Positions 1 through 11,239 of a stretch of DNA of 64,000 bases are shown here, one piece after another. This DNA comes from Narcine bancroftii (taxonomy: Eukaryota): the NCBI RefSeq assembly GCF_036971445.1, contig NC_091473.1, forward strand, positions 113,832,001-113,896,000, given 5' to 3'. The stretch's first letter is position 1, and every line of letters begins with the position of its first letter. Made by a program: the position numbers and the translations under genes. The notes beneath the pieces were generated by a model. It was not told the origin of the DNA. It worked only from the letters and a program-made list of their open reading frames with translations, and searched no databases.

Positions 1-1693
1 GGGTGGCCGAGAAAGAGAGGGGGAAAATACCAGGTGGTTTAAAAATTTGCAGTTGTGGACCATGAGGCATGTATAGGCCGTCAAACTGCATTTGGACACT
101 CTTTAGCTCATACTGGAAATCTAGTCCAAGTATGACTGGTGCGCAGAGCTGTGGGATGATAGGGAGCTTAAAGTTTTTGTACTTCATGCTCCCACAGCCA
201 GCGCCACACTGCAGCAGCCGTGGATCTGAGCAGAGTGGGATTTGGAGCCCAGGGAGACTTTAAATTTTACCGGGAGTAGTGCTGCATTGTGCCTGGGTGA
301 ATGAAGCTCTCCATGCTCCCTGTATCGAATAAACAGTTTGTGATGCGATAATTTACCTTGATGTTCATAAAGGCCTTGGCCAGTTGACGTGGGCTGACCT
401 GATCCAGGGTAATCGAGACCAACATTTGCTGTCTGAGTCGCTGCTGTAATGTTAATTCAGAGGAGGAAGCCAAGATGGCTGCCTCCATTTCGCGCATGTG
501 GTGATGATCTTTGCTGCTGGAAGTGACATCGGAAGTAGTGCTGTCCCCCACTTGCCGCCCCCATGGTTCCACTGAGCCATTTCCCATGACCAGAAATGAC
601 GTCAGAGGTGAAGCCAGAAGTGGGGCAGTTCAAGATGGCAGTGGCTGCCAGCTGCACACGGCGCTGCTGAAAGGGGGTTGGGACCTACGCACCTTCCCAT
701 AGTGTCCCTTCTTCCCACAGGCGGTGCATGTAGCATTTCGGGCCAGGCAGTGCTTTCGAGAATGTTTTGTATGTCCGCACAAGTAGTACTTTGGGTGCTC
801 AATGGCAGCAGCAGTGACTTGTGACCCCACGACCCAAGATGGCAGTGCCCGAGCTCCCTACATGGTGACCTCATTCACTGAGATGACTTCTGCATTAAGC
901 TACAATATCTCAAGCACTTAGGCAGGTCGACTCCTTCTTGCAGGCTTCAATCGCCTTTTTCTAGGAGTTTCTGTCTGATGTGATCAGACTTGAATCCAGT
1001 CACACATGCATTGCGCATCAGGGCAGCAACAGAGACATCTCTGCAGTTGCAGGCTTGCCCCATCTCCCACAGAATCTGCATGTACTTGTCGACTGACTCA
1101 TCAGGCGCTTGTCTACAACTACCCAGAAGGAATCTGGTGTAGATGACGTTCGTTGGGGTCCGATACGGTTTCTGCAGGAGCTCCATTGTGGCCGAGTAAG
1201 TAGTGCAGTAGCTTATCATCTGGAAGACTCGGTGGCCGACCTGAGCGAAAAGTAGATCTCATTTGTCTTCCTCACTCTGCATGTAGTTGCATCTCATGAA
1301 AGCGTTAAGGCAGTGCAACCATTGACCGACTGTGACTGAGGCCCTTGGATTTTTAAGGTCAGTGTCCAGTTTATCTGCCCATATTGTCTTGTTCATATCC
1401 CAAAAAATTATGATTAAATTGTAGCACTATTGATCAACCAGCAGGGAGTTGTGATTAATAGGCTTTAATCACCTCAAGACATCAACACATCTCATGTTGC
1501 TGGCCCAGTTCCAAGGCAGGTACTGAGGGAGGAGTTTGCGTATAACATCTTTTATAGGGATTTCCGGGAGGGAGGAGTCACAGGTTCGGGGGTGGACCAG
1601 CTCATATAATACATACATACAATAGTTGTAGCACAGTCTGTTACCAAGGTAAGCCTCCAACCATACAAGTATTGGTGAATTCATTTGACATCA
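1..1693 (-). mobile_element. Decayed Gypsy/Ty3 LTR retrotransposon: 5' LTR (~1420-1690), gag, protease; continues off the left edge
   Basis: Gag starts near 1396 (MNKTIWADKLDTD...). Zn-knuckle-like CTACGKKGH in ORF 630-830 and protease motif CLFDTGS in ORF 267-587. The LTR-like segment has minus-strand TATAAAAG and ATTAAA and ends ...GTGCTACA at 1420. Frameshifts and stops throughout. Confidence 0.85.
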
Positions 1694-4159
1694 AATAGTG
1701 TGGGGAGTCCTTTTTCCAGTTGTGCATAATTATGTTCACAAGCCATCAAAGATTGGGAGGCATAAGCCACCAGTTATTCTCCCTTTTCCGTCACCCGTAG
1801 TAGCACTACACCTAAGCCCACTGGCAACATCCTTTTCTCGTAATGGACAAGAACAAGATCGCTGGATGTCAGCAATTCTTTCAAACGATTGTGTTTCTTG
1901 CCTTTTCATTCCAGCACCATTTCTGTTCTTTTCTTAACAATTGGTTCAGCGGGCTGCACAGTGTTGGCATATTTGGAACATGTTTCTGATAATGGTTAAC
2001 CAAATCCAGGAATGATTGCAATTCGGCTTGATAAGATGGGTAGGGTGCTCTTTGAGTGGCATCCATTTGGGCTCCTTCACTATTAATTGTATGTTACGGA
2101 AGGTACCATAAATACACACTTTTCCTGGCGCAGACTGACATTTGCTTGTGCAATCAGGTTAGGACCTTTTCCGGGTTTGAAGATGCTCTGAGTCGTCTCG
2201 ACCTGTAATTATGGTATAATTGAGGTAGCATCCTAAATTTATGCCATACAACAATTTGTCCATGACCACTTGTAATATTAGGGGCTGCTGGTATAGGTGA
2301 ATAACCCCAAGTGAATATTGATTGCCTCATATTTCTTTCAGGCCTCATCCAAGCTGATTTGCGAGGATAAGTCCAGTTTTGTTAATTTTTTCCCCCCCCC
2401 TTTCAGGGCCTGATATAATTCCTCTGCTTTGGGCAACCCTTGATTGAGACTTTGTAATCACCACAAATTCAGAATTTTCTATTGGCTTTTTGGACTGGCA
2501 TGATAGAAGCTGCCCAATCACGGTATTGAATTATTTTCAGGATTCATTCTTTTCCAACCTGTTTAGTTCTGATTCAATCTTTCCATTTATTGCAAATTTA
2601 TTCCATTTATTTCCATTTATTGGGCTTCTAGAACTTGGGTTCAACACTGGATTTCAAGTGTATCTTCGCCTGGACTCCTTGGATTTTCCCCAGGCCTTTT
2701 CTGAAAATCATGATAACTCTTAAGCACTCACTCCAGTTTTAGCTTGGCCTCACCCTCCATACACACGTTCATTACAAATCCAATTTCCATGGAATCTAGT
2801 TGGATATGTGACAACCAGATTCTTCCAAATAATGCTGGTCTCTTGGCATCAATGACGTAGAAGGATCATCTTTTCAGTGAATGTCTTTTATATTTAATGC
2901 TAACTTTGTAATTCCAAAACACCTTGACTTTTTCCCATGACTGTTTTCAACACCATGTAAGATGAAGTAAGAGTTGTGTTTTTAACTTTATTGGCATTAA
3001 CAACACTGCTGTTCCCGTGTCCAACTCCATTTGAAGAGGTTAGTTGTTGATTTTCACATGGACGGAGATTTCCAATTTCTTATCCATTAATCTGTGAATA
3101 TACATTACTTGCAGTGACTTGTCTTCCACCATGTTGTTAGGCTTTCATCCTTCACCTCCACGGTTTTTACTTGGAGGGATGTTTTTGTATCCTGATCTTT
3201 GCTTTTTCTCCCTTTTCCCCTTGTTGACACTTTATTTCTTTCTTGGACATTTGGCTTTGATGTGTTCCTCTGTCACATGGATGACATCTAGCTTTTCTGA
3301 AATAACAATTATCCGCACTCTGGCTGCTTTTTCTGTGGCGGAAACACTTTCGTCAGTTAAATTTTCCCACCATCTTTGATTAGCCTTGTATAATTTCCAA
3401 GTTTAAAAAAAAAATCAGTCATCTCAAAACCCAAGGCTGTGTCAAATGCAGCCTTAATGGATACATCTTATGTACTTTGGGTACTGTAATCAGCTAAACC
3501 GACAACTAACCTGTCTCTTAATACTTTAAGAATTCATCAAATCACAAGTTTCTGACAGTCTACTTAATTCAGTCAATTATTCACTTATGGATTTGCCTAT
3601 TTTCTGAAATAAAATTTTGTCTTTCTGTAATAACCAGTGGCTTAGGACACAGATGTTCTCCTATTATAGCACACAACTCTGCATAAGTTTTTGTACTTGG
3701 TCTTTCAGGTGCTGACAGAGATTTCATCAATTTAAATGTCTTGCTTCCCAGTTGGCTCAGAAACAGCACCTGTTTTTTTGCTTCAAACCAGTGTCAGTAA
3801 TATTATGGGAAGACAGTATTGATCAAATCTTTAGACAGTCATGGCAGTTTTTTTCTGAGTCCTCGAATTTTCCAAACAGTCCCTCTGCCATTCTGAGTCT
3901 TCTTTTCTTTGTTCTCAATGCATGAGCCTGTGATTCACTGTAGTTTTTTGTTCATTATATTTTGCTTTTTCTCTCCTTCTGTAGAAGTTCGTTATTGCCA
4001 ACCAGTTGTGTACTCTAGGCTCAGAAATATACACATACACACAAACATGTTGTCTCATTTTTTGTTTATTACTAACCTAAAATAGTTCCTCACAGTACAC
4101 TCTATACACACACGCAAAGCGTGATGACATCAAATGCACGCCAGCGTATATTCTCAACA
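1694..4159 (-). mobile_element. Second decayed Gypsy element: short 5' LTR ~4005-4159, gag, protease, RT/RNase H fragments; interrupted by the first element
   Basis: Gag FLSQLGSKTFKLMKSLSAPERPSTKTYAEL (3581-3769); protease MELDTG near 3030; RT-connection ELQSFLDLVNHYQKHVPN (1881-2066). LTR reads TGTTG...CAAC on the minus strand, contains AATAAA and is followed by PBS-like TGGTTGGCA. Confidence 0.8.
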
Positions 4160-4169
4160 CTATTTCCAC

Positions 4170-7100
4170 TGCCTGCCTCCTTTATCAGCTCCCTTATCCC
4201 CATGGCCTGCCCCCTTCATCAGCACCCCCCCCACGGCCTGCCCCCTTCATCAGCAAACCCCCCCCCCACGGCCTGCCCCCTTCATCAGCAAACCCCCCCC
4301 CCACGGCCTGCCCCCTTCATCAGCAGCCCCCCCACGGCCTGCCCCCTTCATCAGCAGCCCCCCCACGGCCTGCCCCCTTCATCAGCAGCCCCCCCACGGC
4401 CTGCCCCCTTCATCAGCAGCCCCCCCACGGCCTGCCCCCTTCATCAGCAGCCCCCCCACGGCCTGCCCCCTTCATCAGCAGCCCCCCCACGGCCTGCCCC
4501 CTTCATCAGCAGCCCCCCCACGGCCTGCCCCCTTCATCAGCAGCCCCCCCACGGCCTGCCCCCTTCATCAGCAGCCCCCCCACGGCCTGCCCCCTTCATC
4601 AGCAGCCCCCCCACGGCCTGCCCCCTTCATCAGCAGCCCCCCCACGGCCTGCCCCCTTCATCAGCAGCCCCCCCACGGCCTGCCCCCTTCATCAGCAGCC
4701 CCCCCACGGCCTGCCCCCTTCATCAGCAGCCCCCCCACGGCCTGCCCCCTTCATCAGCAGCCCCCCCACGGCCTGCCCCCTTCATCAGCAGCCCCCCCAC
4801 GGCCTGCCCCCTTCATCAGCAGCCCCCCCACGGCCTGCCCCCTTCATCAGCAGCCCCCCCACGGCCTGCCCCCTTCATCAGCAGCCCCCCCACGGCCTGC
4901 CCCCTTCATCAGCAGCCCCCCCACGGCCTGCCCCCTTCATCAGCAGCCCCCCCACGGCCTGCCCCCTTCATCAGCAGCCCCCCCACGGCCTGCCCCCTTC
5001 ATCAGCAGCCCCCCCACGGCCTGCCCCCTTCATCAGCAGCCCCCCCACGGCCTGCCCCCTTCATCAGCAGCCCCCCCACGGCCTGCCCCCTTCATCAGCA
5101 GCCCCCCCACGGCCTGCCCCCTTCATCAGCAGCCCCCCCACGGCCTGCCCCCTTCATCAGCAGCCCCCCCACGGCCTGCCCCCTTCATCAGCAGCCCCCC
5201 CACGGCCTGCCCCCTTCATCAGCAGCCCCCCCACGGCCTGCCCCCTTCATCAGCAGCCCCCCCACGGCCTGCCCCCTTCATCAGCAGCCCCCCCACGGCC
5301 TGCCCCCTTCATCAGCAGCCCCCCCACGGCCTGCCCCCTTCATCAGCAGCCCCCCCACGGCCTGCCCCCTTCATCAGCAGCCCCCCCACGGCCTGCCCCC
5401 TTCATCAGCAGCCCCCCCACGGCCTGCCCCCTTCATCAGCAGCCCCCCCACGGCCTGCCCCCTTCATCAGCAGCCCCCCCACGGCCTGCCCCCTTCATCA
5501 GCAGCCCCCCCACGGCCTGCCCCCTTCATCAGCAGCCCCCCCACGGCCTGCCCCCTTCATCAGCAGCCCCCCCACGGCCTGCCCCCTTCATCAGCAGCCC
5601 CCCCACGGCCTGCCCCCTTCATCAGCAGCCCCCCCACGGCCTGCCCCCTTCATCAGCAGCCCCCCCACGGCCTGCCCCCTTCATCAGCAGCCCCCCCACG
5701 GCCTGCCCCCTTCATCAGCAGCCCCCCCACGGCCTGCCCCCTTCATCAGCAGCCCCCCCACGGCCTGCCCCCTTCATCAGCAGCCCCCCCACGGCCTGCC
5801 CCCTTCATCAGCAGCCCCCCCACGGCCTGCCCCCTTCATCAGCAGCCCCCCCACGGCCTGCCCCCTTCATCAGCAGCCCCCCCACGGCCTGCCCCCTTCA
5901 TCAGCAGCCCCCCCACGGCCTGCCCCCTTCATCAGCAGCCCCCCCACGGCCTGCCCCCTTCATCAGCAGCCCCCCCACGGCCTGCCCCCTTCATCAGCAG
6001 CCCCCCCACGGCCTGCCCCCTTCATCAGCAGCCCCCCCACGGCCTGCCCCCTTCATCAGCAGCCCCCCCACGGCCTGCCCCCTTCATCAGCAGCCCCCCC
6101 ACGGCCTGCCCCCTTCATCAGCAGCCCCCCCACGGCCTGCCCCCTTCATCAGCAGCCCCCCCACGGCCTGCCCCCTTCATCAGCAGCCCCCCCACGGCCT
6201 GCCCCCTTCATCAGCAGCCCCCCCACGGCCTGCCCCCTTCATCAGCAGCCCCCCCACGGCCTGCCCCCTTCATCAGCAGCCCCCCCACGGCCTGCCCCCT
6301 TCATCAGCAGCCCCCCCACGGCCTGCCCCCTTCATCAGCAGCCCCCCCACGGCCTGCCCCCTTCATCAGCAGCCCCCCCACGGCCTGCCCCCTTCATCAG
6401 CAGCCCCCCCACGGCCTGCCCCCTTCATCAGCAGCCCCCCCACGGCCTGCCCCCTTCATCAGCAGCCCCCCCACGGCCTGCCCCCTTCATCAGCAGCCCC
6501 CCCACGGCCTGCCCCCTTCATCAGCAGCCCCCCCACGGCCTGCCCCCTTCATCAGCAGCCCCCCACGGCCTGCCCCCTTCATCAGCAGCCCCCCCACGGC
6601 CTGCCCCCTTCATCAGCAGCCCCCCCACGGCCTGCCCCCTTCATCAGCAGCCCCCCCACGGCCTGCCCCCTTCATCAGCAGCCCCCCCACGGCCTGCCCC
6701 CTTCATCAGCAGCCCCCCACGGCCTGCCCCCTTCATCAGCAGCCCCCCACGGCCTGCCCCCTTCATCAGCAGCCCCCCACGGCCTGCCCCCTTCATCAGC
6801 AGCCCCCCACGGCCTGCCCCCTTCATCAGCACCCCCCCACGGCCTGCCCCCTTCATCAGCAGCCCCCCACGGCCTGCCCCCTTCATCAGCAGCCCCCCAC
6901 GGCCTGCCCCCTTCATCAGCAGCCCCCCACGGCCTGCCCCCTTCATCAGCACCCCCCCACGGCCTGCCCCCTTCATCAGCACCCCCCCACGGCCTGCCCC
7001 CTTCATCAGCACCCCCCCACGGCCTGCCCCCTTCATCAGCACCCCCATTGCCTGCCCCTTCATCAGCACCCCCATTGCCTGCCCCTTCATCAGCACCCCC

Positions 7101-10100
7101 ATTGCCTGCCCCTTCATCAGCACCCCCATTGCCTGTCCCTTCATCAGCACCCCCCCCATTGCCTGCCCCTTCATCAGCACCCCCCCCATTGCCTGCCCCT
7201 TCATCAGCACCCCCCCATTGCCTGCCCCTTCATCAGCACCCCCCACGGTCTGCCCCCTTCATCAGCACCCCCCCACGGTCTGCCCCCTTCATCAGCAACC
7301 CCCACGGCCTGCCCCCTTCATCAGCACCCCCCACGGTCTGCCCCCCTTCATCAGCACCCCCCACTGCCTGCCCCCCTTCATCAGCACCCCTCCACCGCCT
7401 GCCCCCTTCATCAGCACCCCCCCACGGCCTGCCCCCTTCATCAGCACCCCCCCACGGCCTGCCCCCTTCATCAGCACCCCCCCACGGCCTGCCCCCTTCA
7501 TCAGCACCCCCCCACGGCCTGCCCCCTTCATCAGCACCCCCCCACGGCCTGCCCCCTTCATCAGCACCCCCCCACGGCCTGCCCCCTTCATCAGCACCCC
7601 CCCACGGCCTGCCCCCTTCATCAGCACCCCCATTGCCTGCCCCTTCATCAGCACCCCCATTGCCTGCCCCTTCATCAGCACCCCCATTGCCTGCCCCTTC
7701 ATCAGCACCCCCATTGCCTGCCCCTTCATCAGCACCCCCATTGCCTGCCCCTTCATCAGCACCCCCATTGCCTGCCCCTTCATCAGCACCCCCATTGCCT
7801 GCCCCTTCATCAGCACCCCCATTGCCTGCCCCTTCATCAGCACCCCCATTGCCTGCCCCTTCATCAGCACCCCCATTGCCTGCCCCTTCATCAGCACCCC
7901 CATTGCCTGCCCCTTCATCAGCACCCCCATTGCCTGCCCCTTCATCAGCACCCCCATTGCCTGCCCCTTCATCAGCACCCCCATTGCCTGCCCCTTCATC
8001 AGCACCCCCATTGCCTGCCCCTTCATCAGCACCCCCATTGCCTGCCCCTTCATCAGCACCCCCATTGCCTGCCCCTTCATCAGCACCCCCATTGCCTGCC
8101 CCTTCATCAGCACCCCCATTGCCTGCCCCTTCATCAGCACCCCCATTGCCTGCCCCTTCATCAGCACCCCCCCATTGCCTGCCCCTTCATCAGCACCCCC
8201 ATTGCCTGCCCCTTCATCAGCACCCCCATTGCTTGCCCCTTCATCAGCACCCCCATTGCCTGCCCCTTCATCAGCACCCCCATTGCCTGCCCCTTCATCA
8301 GCACCCCCCCATTGCCTGCCCCTTCATCAGCACCCCCCCATTGCCTGCCCCTTCATCAGCATCCCTCACTGTCTGCCCCCTTCATCAGCACCCCCCCACT
8401 GCCTGCCCCCTTCATCAGCAACCCCCAAGGCCTGCCCCCTTCATCAGCACCCCCCACGGCCTGCCCCCCTTCATCAGCACCCCCCACTGTCTGCCCCCTT
8501 CATCAGCAACCCCCACTGCCTGCCCCCTTCATCAGCACCCCCCACGGCCTGCCCCCCTTCATCAGCACCCCCCACTGCCTGCCCATTTCATCAGCACCCC
8601 TCCACCGCCTGCCCATTTCATCAGCACCCCCCCACTGCCTGCCCCCTTTATCAGCACCCCCCCACTGCCTGCCCCCTTTATCAGCACCCCCCCACTGCCT
8701 GCCCCCTTTATCAGCACCCCCCCACTGCCTGCCCCCTTTATCAGCACCCCCCCACTGCCTGCCCCCTTTATCAGCACCCCCCCACTGCCTGCCCCCTTTA
8801 TCAGCACCCCCCCACTGCCTGCCCCCTTTATCAGCACCCCCCCACTGCCTGCCCCCTTTATCAGCACCCCCCCACTGCCAGCACCCCCCCACTGTCTGCC
8901 CCCTTCATCAGCACGCCCCCATGGACTGCCCCTTTCATCCGCACCCCTCCACCACTGCCTGCCCCCTTTATCAGCACCCCCCCCACTGTGCCCCCTTCAT
9001 CAGCACCCCCAATTGCCTGCCCCCTTCATCAGCACCCCTCCACCACCGCCTGCTGCCTTTATCAGCACCCCCCACTGCCTTCCCCCTTTATCAGCACCCC
9101 CCCACTGCCTGCCCCCTTTATCAGCACCCCCCCACTGCCTGCCCCCTTTATCAGCACCCCCCCACTGCCTGCCCCCTTTATCAGCACCCCCCCACTGCCT
9201 GCCCCCTTTATCAGCACCCCCCCCACTGCCTGCCCCCTTTATCAGCACCCCCACCATGGCCTGCCCCCTTTATCAGCACCCCCCCCACGGCCTGCCCCCT
9301 TTATCAGCACCCCCCCCCACGGCCTGGCCCCTTTATCAGCACCCACCCCACGGCCTGGCCCCTTTATCAGCACCCACCCCACGGCCTGCCCCCTTTATCA
9401 GCACCCCCCCCACGGCCTGCCCCCTTTATCAGCACCCCCCCCACGGCCTGCCCCTTTCATCAGCACCCCCCCACTGCCTGCTTCCTTCATCAGAACCCCC
9501 CCACGGCCTGCCCCCTTCATCAGCACCCCCCCATGGCCTGCCCCCTTCATCAGCACCCCCCCACGGCCTGCCCCTTTTATCAGCACCCCCCCACGGCCTG
9601 CCCCTTTTATCAGCACCCCCCCACGGCCTGCCCCCTTTATCAGCACCCCCCCACGGCCTGCCTCCTTTATCAGCACCCCCCCACTGTCTGCCCCTTTTAT
9701 CAGCACCCCCCCACGGCCTTCCCCCTTTATCAGCACCCCCCCACAGCCTGCCCCCTTCATCAGCACCCCCCCATGGCCTGCCCCTTTTATCAGCACCCCC
9801 CACGGCCTGCCCCCCTTCATCAGCACCCCCCATTGCCTGCCCCTTCATCAGCACCCCCTCACTGCCCCCTTCATCAGCACCCCCCCACTGCCTGCTTCCT
9901 TCATCAGCACCCCCCCACTGCCTGCCCCCTTTATCAGCACCCCCCCACTGTCTGCCCCCTTTATCAGCACCCCCCCACTGTCTGCCCCCTTTATCAGCAC
10001 CCCCCCCACTGCCTGCCCCTTTTATCAGCACCCTCCCATTGCCTGCCCCCTTTATCAGCACCCCCCCCCCCACTGCCTGCCCCCTTTATCAGCACCCCTT
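4170..10100. repeat. ~5.9-kb C-rich minisatellite (31-bp unit CCCCCCCACGGCCTGCCCCCTTCATCAGCAG, with 30- and 27-bp variants)
   Basis: Directly visible tandem array. Near-perfect 31-mers ~4320-6700, 30-mers ~6700-7620, 27-mers (CCCCCATTGCCTGCCCCTTCATCAGCA) ~7630-8300, then TTTATC-type 30-mers degenerating to ~10100. Confidence 0.98.
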
Positions 10101-10109
10101 TCCCCATTC

Positions 10110-10900
10110 CCGTTACCTGCACGCTTTGGCACCGTCCCTTTACCTTCCCACGCCTCGTCACCCAATCCTTCGCGCCTTCAGCCCCCTCACCCGCTCTCGC
10201 TCCTTTTGAACGAAAACGCCCCGCTCGCGCACGTTCCGTTTGCAAGCGCAACATTTGCGCATGCGCCTCCCGCCACGCCGTCTCCTTCCACGTCCACCTG
10301 GCGGATGCTCTCTCTCTGGTCTCAAAGACACCTTACTCAAATATTTTCAGTTTTTACACCCCCCCCCCCACCCCCCACACACACACTCACACACCACCAC
10401 CACCACCAATGAACCTTACCACGGTCTCTCAGTTCACGCTGAAATGTAAGTGTGAAAAACCGATAAAACGCTGGAAACACAACAGATCAAGGGAAGAGAA
10501 ACAGAGTTTCATGAAAGGCTTCTGTCCTGAAAAGTTAACGCCTTTTCTTTTTGCCACTGGTCTTGCCCGACCCGCTGTTTTCCCGTAAATTAATTCTCGA
10601 CAGAAACTGGGACTCCAAGTCCCAAAGTGCTGCGCGGTTCACACATGCGCAGACGCATGAATTCGAACTCCCACAATGCAGCTTGGCCACGCCACTGTTA
10701 ATGCGGAAAGCGCTGTCGAAAGATTGAAAGAGGAAAAGCTGAGCTTGCTGTTGGGCCGAGCAGTTGGAGGACGGGTTTTCATATTAATCATCGGAGAGCG
10801 TCGTCTTGGTAATTATGGACTTGATCATGTTTATTTCATTGGAGATGTTATAATGAAGTGATTGGGCCTAGGCATGACGCGGAGCCCTGTGTAATGTAAG
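10110..10900. promoter_or_regulatory. CpG-island-like housekeeping promoter; candidate dmap1 TSS and non-coding exon 1
   Basis: Locally CpG-rich unique sequence in a CpG-depleted window. NRF1-like TGCGCATGCGC at 10256-10266 and CATGCGCA at 10644-10651. ZNF143/SBS-like ACTCCAAGTCCCAAAGTGC at 10612-10630 and ATTCGAACTCCCACAATGCA at 10661-10680. Possible donor AAT|GTAAGG at 10896. Confidence 0.6.
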
Positions 10901-11239
10901 GTTCCTGTTGGCTGCCCCTGATCCTGGTGTTGTAATGAAGTGCCCAGCAGGTGGAAGCAGATTTCAGATCTGCACTAAACCCCGAGTTCTGTTCTATGAA
11001 GTTAAAAAGTCTGAGATGATTTTTGTTCCATGCAAGCAATTGAAGGATTTTGATAAGTTCAGCAAAACAAAGTCGTGCCATTTGGAGACCAGCGTAATTA
11101 ATAAATAGGGGTTCCACGTGATTGTTATTTTGGCACTCTCGCTTTTTGAAACTTAAATTTGTTACAGGTTAATTGAAATATATATATATTGGGAATAGGC
11201 CATTTACTTCCATAAACTAATTTCACCTTCTACTATGTA

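Noticed and set aside
4320-8600. Array of CTCF sites or C/D snoRNA boxes (TGATGA/CTGA)
   Set aside because: Only the 3' half of the CTCF core (AGGGGGCAG) matches; the box-like words overlap and lack terminal stems or guide regions.
4170-10100. CRISPR-like or telomeric array
   Set aside because: No unique spacers, no cas genes, eukaryotic context, and not TTAGGG.
4121-10588. Giant Pro/His-rich ORFs (2155, 2092 and 1053 aa) and Gly-rich antisense ORFs
   Set aside because: By-product of a stop-free C-rich repeat: overlapping frames are open together, the 31-bp unit cycles the same peptide through the frames, and the starts are non-ATG or lie in an LTR or repeat.
10928-10945. GTGTTGTAATGAAG resembling the 5' end of U6atac snRNA
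   Set aside because: Similarity stops after ~12 nt and the rest of U6atac is absent.
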